NCBI GenBank assembly: GCA_964016885.1
Contig: OZ024745.1
Location: 104,222,001 to 104,286,000 of the forward strand
Length of the DNA stretch: 64,000 nt
DNA from: Eledone cirrhosa
Lineage: Eukaryota
Direction: 5' to 3'
Position numbers and translations under genes: made by a program
Part shown: positions 55,722 to 64,000 of the stretch, one piece after another
Numbering within the stretch: the stretch's first letter is position 1
Layout of the letters: the number at the start of each line of letters is the position of its first letter
Notes under the pieces: model-generated
What the model was told of the DNA's origin: nothing
The model's input: the letters and a program-made list of their open reading frames with translations, nothing else
Database searches by the model: none

Positions 55722-58140
55722 TGGAAAGTTATATTTAAATTGTTGGGTTACAACTAGTAAATATTTATAACTGATATAAAAGCACTCGACAAGTATTTGG
55801 AGTATATTTACGATATTAAATAAACGGAAACTATATTTATAAAACCATATTTATTTCATTATATATATTTCAGGGATATCATATTAACAATATGCTATGC
55901 CTTCCTCAGACAAAATACAATATAGACAGTTTTATAGATAAATAGATTTGACATACCGTTCAACATCGACTTGTATTTGAAAAGTTGATTTGGCAGTGAA
56001 AAAAATTGTAAACAGAAAGAAAAAAAGAGAGAAAAAAGGAAAGAAAGAAAAGAAAGAAAGAAAACGAAGAAAAAGAAGAAAAAGAAGAAATGCATGGAAC
56101 AAAATAGAGAGATGGAAAGATAGATAAAGAGAAGAACTTCATGTAAAGAAACAGAGAGAGATATATAGAGAGAGAGGAGATAGATAGAGTTAGATATATA
56201 GAGAAAAGTAGGTGGTTGGACATCCGTTGAATAAACGTATCAATGATACATTTATTTATTTATTTATTTATTTATTTAGCTCTAGTATTAATGTAAGGGA
56301 GATATATGTGGTTAGGAGAGAAACCAGCTGTTATATAGAGAGAAAAATGAAAAGTAACCAGACATAGGCGAGGCATAAAAACCTATGTTTTAATGTAGAA
56401 GTATTAGTATGTATAAAAACCAGGCACTATAATGTAAATATCAGTATTCCTAAATGAGACACGTTTCCATAATGTGTGAAAAGTAATGATCTTATGTTTA
56501 GTTTTAAAAATTCATATGTTTATATGATAACTACAAACATCGATGTGAATTTACGTGATCAACTCTGCAAACCCCAATTTTCCACGGAGAACATTCTCAT
56601 TGTGCTATAAAAATTTAAGTATACATATATGTGTATATATATACACATATATATAGAGTCTATATTACTACTAATCTTGTCTTTACTCTACGTGATTATC
56701 TATCAAGCAGAAATAGAGAACAGATTTCAATATATTAATAAAAAATATCAGGAACAAAAACCAAAACAAAAAAAAAAAAAAAAAAAAAAAAAATAATAAT
56801 AATAATAATAATAATAAAAAATAATAAAATAGAAAACTAAAAAATATTACGAAAAAATATTACATATTAAAAATATTACATATTAAAAATAAAAATATTA
56901 GAAAATACTACAATAATAAAAACAAACCACAAAGATCAACCCTTCAGAATTAATTGACAATATATTGCCAAGTTCATTATAAGCATCAGAGTCGAAAACA
57001 GATAAAGCTAAAAATTATTTATCAAATCGCGTCTAGCAAAAATCATTTCAAAAAGTTTAGGATGCCCATTTGGTCTACATGTGTTCTTATATTTAATATA
57101 GAAGTTTATCTAGTGTAACGTTTATTCGAAATATTTGGAGCATCAACTTTTAAGGTAGTTTAATTTTTCATGAAGAATGTTTAAATAAAAATAAAAATAA
57201 AAAGAAGAATAAAAAGAAGAAATCGAAAGATTTATCGGCTAGTTTCCCAAATAATTATAAATCAAACTAAATATACTACATTTTAAATTTAAATTTATAT
57301 TTAAAAGTTAAGTTTAATCTATGTTTGCAGCAACTGAATAAATTTGTCCGTAGATTAAGGGAATTTTTAGATTTTAGTATAAAGAATATCTCCTCTGCGC
57401 AGAGGTCACATATCTCAGAGGATGAATTAAAAGGAATCCCTCTTGAGACTATATTCCAAGCCGTCGAATATCTAACGTTATCTAGCTTAAGTTGCCAGAG
57501 TACGCCTGATAGTGCTGTTGAAGATTTTTTGCTTGGATCTGTGAAAGAATTCTTGTGGTTATTATAGCGAAGTTTAAATTCCGTCGATGTGGAACCGACG
57601 TAGTTAAAAGAATTAGAGTCAGTTTTAACATTACAATTGTATATTATATTTTTAACTAAGCAGTTGTTATTTAACGGACATTTAGATCTATCTCTACAGT
57701 TACATTTGTTAACTTGTATATTATTTATGCTATTATCACTAGGTTTTAAGTTCCTATTATTTATTCTATTAATATTTTGTGCTAAATTTTTGGTGGATGA
57801 GTAGGTTAATTTTATAGTATGTCTATTGAAAATTGAGTGATACCTATGTGTTCTAGGGAAGCGATTATCAAGAGCTTTAAAAAATAGTTTAGCGATGTGG
57901 GTTTTAATGTTTAGTGAGAAAGGGGGGGCAAACCAAATTATGTTCCTAGTTCTATTTCTTTTTTGGCTTTTGGAATTATTGTAATGCTTTCTATTATAGT
58001 TGTTAAGGTTGTTGCCGTAATTAAAATAGTTGTTATTTTGTTTAGTTTGTCTATCATTATCTATGTACATAATCTTATCACTATATCCTGCTCTAGCTAA
58101 CGCTTCATTGTAGTACTGGGCTTTTTCGTCGAAAATCTTT
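55722..58140 (-). mobile_element. Inverted 5'-truncated copy of the adjacent Naiad-like PLE (thumb + GIY-YIG ORF 57276-58070, long 3' UTR, HHR 55853-55916)
   Basis: Protein is identical to the C-terminal 264 aa of the 58703-60577 ORF. Confidence 0.95.
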
Positions 58141-58363
58141 CATATTGTTAATATGATATCCCTGAAATATATATATAATGAAATAAATATGGTTTTATAA
58201 ATATAGTTTCCATTTATTTAATATCGTAAATATACTCCAAATACTTGTCGAGTGCTTTTATATCAGTTATAAATATTTACTAGTTGTAACCCAACAATTT
58301 AAATATAACTTTCCATGTATCTTGCTCCAATACTGTTGAGCGCTTTATATTATAACTGAAAAA

Positions 58364-60577
58364 ATGGAATTCTTTAAGATTACTTCCTCTTTAAAAGACA
58401 TACCTCTACCTAGAAACAAAGACTTTATAAAACAATTAATAGATAAATCTGACTCTTTTATAAGGAGAATCAGGTGGCGAGCATTCCACTTTGATAAATC
58501 TAATATAAATGAAAATGTCTCAGACCTAAACAAAGTTTTCAAATCTAAAAGAAATCCACCCCCTAACAAACTTTTATCTGACTTTGAAAACGATATAATT
58601 TCTATCATACAAGGGGTCTAATTCAAGAGAAACTTCAAAGGCCAGGAATATCTGAAAGGCATTAAGGATAATATTGAGACCTTAGAGAAAACTGAGAAGA
58701 TCTTGGTGAAATCTGACAAGACCAACAACCTCTATGGAGTGCAGAAAGACATGTATAATGGCCTCATACTGAAGGAACTGAGGAAAAAGTACAAGGTAGC
58801 AGATAAGGCCGAGCTTGAGAAAATGAATGTCGAAGCATCTTGTATAATGCACGAGTTGGAAATTGAGAACAGAACACAACCTTTCGTGCCCAGGAAACCG
58901 AAGATCAATATGAAAGATCACAAGAGCAATTTTGAAAATGACTTGCCAGTTAGATTGATCGCACCATCAAAATCGGACCTGGGCAAATTAAGCAAAAACA
59001 TTCTTGACAGGGTGATACAGCAAATTAAGAACTTGGATTGTTTACCTAACCTGAGCTTGTGGAAGGGAACTGGAGAGGTTGTTGAGTGGTTTAAGCAAAT
59101 TAAATATAACAATAATAATAAGTTTATTCAACTTGATATTGCTAACTATTATTCTTCTATTACCCCTAATCTACTAAATAAGGCACTAAATTACGCATTC
59201 AAACATACAGACCTAACTAGCAATGAAATGCATATTATATTATCGGCTAGGAAAACATTGATAGAATTTAATGACCAACTATGGACCAGAGCAGATAGAG
59301 ATAGCAATTTTGACATTACTATGGGATCATCCGACTCAGCTCAGGTAACTGACCTTGTGGGCTTATTTTTAATCAATTCGCTACATAGGAAAATACCTGG
59401 TACTACCGGAGGTTTATATAGAGATGACATGCTTTTACTTATTGATAATAATAACTCTGAACTAAATAGAAAATGTAAACAAATTACACAATTTTTTAAT
59501 TACTTTAATCTTAAAATAGAAATTGAGAACAACCATAGAATAGTCAATTTCCTAGATATAACATTAAATCTCAACACATGTCTTCACTATCCTTTTCAGA
59601 AGTTGAATGAAAACTTAAACTATGTCAGCTTTAACTCTAACCACCCCAGATCTGTCAAAAACACTATAGTAAACTCTGTTCAAAAACGTATCTCTAGAAT
59701 CTCATCCAATAGAAAGATTTTCGACGAAAAAGCCCAGTACTACAATGAAGCGTTAGCTAGAGCAGGATATAGTGATAAGATTATGTACATAGATAATGAT
59801 AGACAAACTAAACAAAATAACAACTATTTTAATTACGGCAACAACCTTAACAACTATAATAGAAAGCATTACAATAATTCCAAAAGCCAAAAAAGAAATA
59901 GAACTAGGAACATAATTTGGTTTGCCCCCCCTTTCTCACTAAACATTAAAACCCACATCGCTAAACTATTTTTTAAAGCTCTTGATAATCGCTTCCCTAG
60001 AACACATAGGTATCACTCAATTTTCAATAGACATACTATAAAATTAACCTACTCATCCACCAAAAATTTAGCACAAAATATTAATAGAATAAATAATAGG
60101 AACTTAAAACCTAGTGATAATAGCATAAATAATATACAAGTTAACAAATGTAACTGTAGAGATAGATCTAAATGTCCGTTAAATAACAACTGCTTAGTTA
60201 AAAATATAATATACAATTGTAATGTTAAAACTGACTCTAATTCTTTTAACTACGTCGGTTCCACATCGACGGAATTTAAACTTCGCTATAATAACCACAA
60301 GAATTCTTTCACAGATCCAAGCAAAAAATCTTCAACAGCACTATCAGGCGTACTCTGGCAACTTAAGCTAGATAACGTTAGATATTCGACGGCTTGGAAT
60401 ATAGTCTCAAGAGGGATTCCTTTTAATTCATCCTCTGAGATATGTGACCTCTGCGCAGAGGAGATATTCTTTATACTAAAATCTAAAAATTCCCTTAATC
60501 TACGGACAAATTTATTCAGTTGCTGCAAACATAGATTAAACTTAACTTTTAAATATAAATTTAAATTTAAAATGTAG
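58364..60577 (+). pseudogene. Naiad-like RT-GIY-YIG ORF (about 737 codons) broken by a single in-frame TAA at 58619-58621
   Basis: SLKDIP..RRIRWRA, SDKTNNLY, KDHK, LDIANYYSSI, MGSSDSAQVTDLVG, LYRDD, CNCRDRSKCPL, YVGST, CDLC..CKH. ORFs 58364 and 58703 share a frame. Confidence 0.9.
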
Positions 60578-61570
60578 TATATTTAGTTTGATTTATAATT
60601 ATTTGGGAAACTAGCCGATAAATCTTTCGATTTCTTCTTTTTATTCTTCTTTTTATTTTTATTTTTATTTAAACATTCTTCATGAAAAATTAAACTACCT
60701 TAAAAGTTGATGCTCCAAATATTTCGAATAAACGTTACACTAGATAAACTTCTATATTAAATATAAGAACACATGTAGACCAAATGGGCATCCTAAACTT
60801 TTTGAAATGATTTTTGCTAGACGCGATTTGATAAATAATTTTTAGCTTTATCTGTTTTCGACTCTGATGCTTATAATGAACTTGGCAATATATTGTCAAT
60901 TAATTCTGAAGGGTTGATCTTTGTGGTTTGTTTTTATTATTGTAGTATTTTCTAATATTTTTATTTTTAATATGTAATATTTTTAATATGTAATATTTTT
61001 TCGTAATATTTTTTAGTTTTCTATTTTATTATTATTTATTATTATTATTATTATAATTTTTTTATTTTTATTTATTTTTTTTTTTGGTTTTTGTTTCTGA
61101 TATTTTTTATTAATATATTGAAATCTGTTCTCTATTTCTGCTTGATAGATAATCACGTAGAGTAAAGACAAGATTAGTAGTAATATAGACTCTATATATA
61201 TGTGTATATATATACACATATATGTATACTTAAATTTTTATAGCACAATGAAAATGTTCTCCGTGGAAAATTGGGGTTTGCAGAGTTGATCACGTAAATT
61301 CACATCGATGTTTGTAGTTATCATATAAACATATGAATTTTTAAAACTAAACATAAGATCATTACTTTTCACACATTATGGATACGTGTCTCATTTAGGA
61401 ATACTGATATTTACATTATAGTGCCTGGTTTTTATACATACTAATACTTCTACATTAAAACATAGGTTTTTTATGCCTCGCCTATGTCTGGTTACTTTTC
61501 ATTTTTCTCTCTATATAACAGCTGGTTTCTCTCCTAACCACATATATCTCCCTTACATTAATACTAGAGC

Positions 61571-61601
<31 letters not shown>

Positions 61602-61935
61602 ATGTATCATTGATACGTTTATTCAACGGATGTCCAACCACCTACTTTTCTCTATATATCTATCTCTATCTATCTCCTCTCTCTATATATATCTCTCTCT
61701 GTTTCTTTACATGAAGTTCTTCTCTTTATCTATCTTTCCATCTCTCTATTTTGTTCCATGCATTTCTTCTTTTTCTTCTTTTTCTTCGTTTTCTTTCTTT
61801 CTTTTCTTTCTTTCCTTTTTTCTCTCTTTTTTCTTTCTGTTTACAATTTTTTTCACTGCCAAATCAACTTTTCAAATACAAGTCGATGTTGAACGGTATG
61901 TCAAATCTATTTATCTATAAAACTGTCTATATTGT

Positions 61936-61999
61936 ATTTTGTCTGAGGAAGGCATAGCATATTGTTAATATGATATCCCTGAAATATATATAATGAAAT
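61936..61999 (+). ncRNA. Type-I hammerhead ribozyme (3' pLTR)
   Basis: ATTTTGT-CTGAGGA-AGGCATAGCATATT(GTT)AATATGATATCCCT-GAAAT(ATAT)ATA^ATGAAAT. Confidence 0.83.
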
Positions 62000-62040
62000 A
62001 AATATGGTTTTATAAATATAGTTTCCATTTATTTAATATC

Positions 62041-62093
<53 letters not shown>

Positions 62094-62096
<3 letters not shown>

Positions 62097-64000
62097 TGAG
62101 TCCTCGATATACGGTATATATGCGTTCCTGAAACCCTTGCGCTATAGCGAATTACCATATAAAGAACCCATTAAACATGAAATAGATAGGGATGCGTTGA
62201 AGCACATCGAAAAAGTCATCTCTACAGAAAAGAAATAATGTTTTTTTTTATTTACTGTACCTTACACATAGATGTCCATCAGATGATGTGCCTCTTCATT
62301 TGTCCCTCCCGAGGCTAAGGGACAGTATGGGTTTCAGCCCTTACTCATCTCGGGCTGAGTTGGCAGGGGAGGATGAGGGTGATGTGGGAGGCTCAAAACC
62401 AACAAACTCGTTGACTGCAGTGGATGTTGAAGGGCCAGCTGTAGCACGGTTGGCAGGTGTGACTGGCTTGAAGAAAGAGTAGATGGAGGACTGTTTAGCG
62501 GTGTTTCTTTTGGCCTCATACATTTCTTCGTAAATCTTGACACTTTTCTCGACGTCTTGAGCCACTTTGCTGCTCCTAGCCGTGTTGGGTCACGCTCCTT
62601 CAGGGTTTCTAAGATTGTTTCGATACTCCCGAGACATTCTCTTAGAGTTTTTATGTCCAAGCCACGCACAGGTTCTTCTTCCTCCTCTTCTTCTTTTTCT
62701 GTCTCTTGTATCGCCTTGTCTAGTTCTGAGTTCATTCATTGGAAAGTAGTTCAGCGTGGCTTTCCAAAAGGTCTTGCACATCATCATCATCATTAACACC
62801 ATCGAAACCAGCTCTATGGCAGAGATTTACAATATCTTTTTTATCGCACCAATGTCCTCAGCAAAACCTTGGAAGTCATTCACACATACTGGCCGTAATT
62901 TCTTCCAGGCCAAGTTCATGGTAGCCTGCTTAACTTCTTCCCAAGATGCCTTGATATTGTCTAAGCCGTGCTTGATGTTGTACAATTTCCACTATTCCCT
63001 GATCGTGGGCTTGTCAGGCCCATCTGTGCCCTTTATCAGCTGCTGCATGGTTCTCCGCTGGTAGTATGCCTTAAATGTTTTGATGACTGTTTGATCCATC
63101 AGCTGAATGAGAGCTGTGGTGTGGGGGGGGGGGGACAAAACCTCAATAGCAGAAACGGTTGGCAATGTTGTTAGCTAATGCATATTCTTTAAGGGTTGGT
63201 GACAGATATGAGGTGAAAACATCCTGGTGAATTGAAGTGATCAGCCATGCCTTCTTATTAGACTTCTATATCACTGGTAGGTATTGCTTAAGTAACCCCT
63301 TGAGTGCTCTTGGAGTTTCAGAATGGTAGATAATGAGTGGCTTTAGCTTTAAATCTCCTTCTGCATTCCCTCCAAGTAACAGAGTAAAGCGGTCCTTTGA
63401 GGCTTTGAAAGCCTTCGCACTTTTCTCCTCCTTGTCAATTACTGGTATTACTGGTCATATTTTTCCAATAAAGTCCTGTTTCATCATAATTAATAACCTG
63501 CTTTTTTCTGTACCCCTTCTCTGCAATGCATTTATCTAACTCTGTCTTGAATTTTTCAGCACTCTCTTTGTCGGAACTGGCAGCCTCACCTGTAACATTT
63601 ATGTTGTGAAGACTCGAACATCGTTTGAACTTATCAAACAAGCCTTTGCTTGCTTTGAATACAAAGTCCTCCACCCCCATTTCAGTCTTGAGCCTGTCAA
63701 TAATGGACAATGCTTTCTCACTGATTACATTTAAAGACAGAGGCATATTTTGACGATTTTGGTCGTCGATCCAAATTTTGAGCAACCTTTCCGTCCTATC
63801 CATAATCGGCTCACGATGTTTGGTCAACAATTTACTCTGTAGACTCGTAGTATTCTCTCCAGCTTTTTTTGATAGCCTCACTATTTTTTAAAACAGTCCA
63901 GACTGTAGACTGGGATAGGCCTAAGTTACGACTTATGGCGGACGTACCTTGCCCCTGTTCCTTCCTTTTCAAAATGTCCAGCTTTATCTCCAAAGTCAGG
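62094..64000 (-). mobile_element. Decayed Tigger/pogo (CENP-B-like DDE) DNA transposon, runs off the window
   Basis: TA|CAGTGAGTCCTCGATATACG terminus. ERLLKIWIDDQ, FKASKG.FDKFK, GEAASSD, NYDETGLYWK, KQSSIYSFFK. Confidence 0.9.

Larger units (their letters stand above)
58141..62043 (+). mobile_element. Young near-intact Naiad-like PLE with partial 5' pLTR and 3' pLTR
   Basis: 58141-58228 repeats at about 61958-62043; ends in (TA)n. Confidence 0.93.

Noticed and set aside
60874-60912. ATGA..hairpin..TGAA SECIS-like stem in the Naiad 3' UTR
   Set aside because: Spacing is asymmetric, there is no apical AA, and the ORF's only internal stop is TAA rather than TGA.

Overview
This is AT-rich eukaryotic DNA, very probably an octopus or other cephalopod, judging from the SINE family and the (TA)n/(CA)n load. 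It is almost entirely repeat-derived. The dominant content is Penelope-like retroelements (PLEs) of at least three lineages: Naiad-like with a YRDD RT, a Neptune-like YLDD copy, and a YVDD family provisionally Nematis-like. Most carry tandem or inverted pseudo-LTRs and sit in (TA)n tracts. Also present are a decayed Gypsy element, a near full-length decayed L1/Tx1 LINE, RTE and CR1-type fragments, a Tigger/pogo DNA transposon and tRNA-derived SINEs. Three phase-1 exons of a minus-strand host membrane-protein gene are threaded through the repeats. Reading by eye found about 20 type-I hammerhead ribozyme (HHR) motifs from roughly 11 sequence families. Many have non-canonical features: a U3-A8 core swap, U.U closure of stem II, an extra nucleotide after A9, and 80-100-nt structured stem II insertions. 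The most novel-looking items are three. (1) A non-coding retrozyme-like element at 45.3-46.9 kb, whose two HHR cleavage sites lie exactly 1,000 nt apart. (2) An HHR-derived 42-bp hairpin at 20.9 kb in which all 7 arm differences are G.U-compatible on one strand only. (3) In-frame TGA codons at Cys-like positions in PLE ORFs, possibly selenocysteine or readthrough. All calls are manual; no alignment, folding or database search was run.
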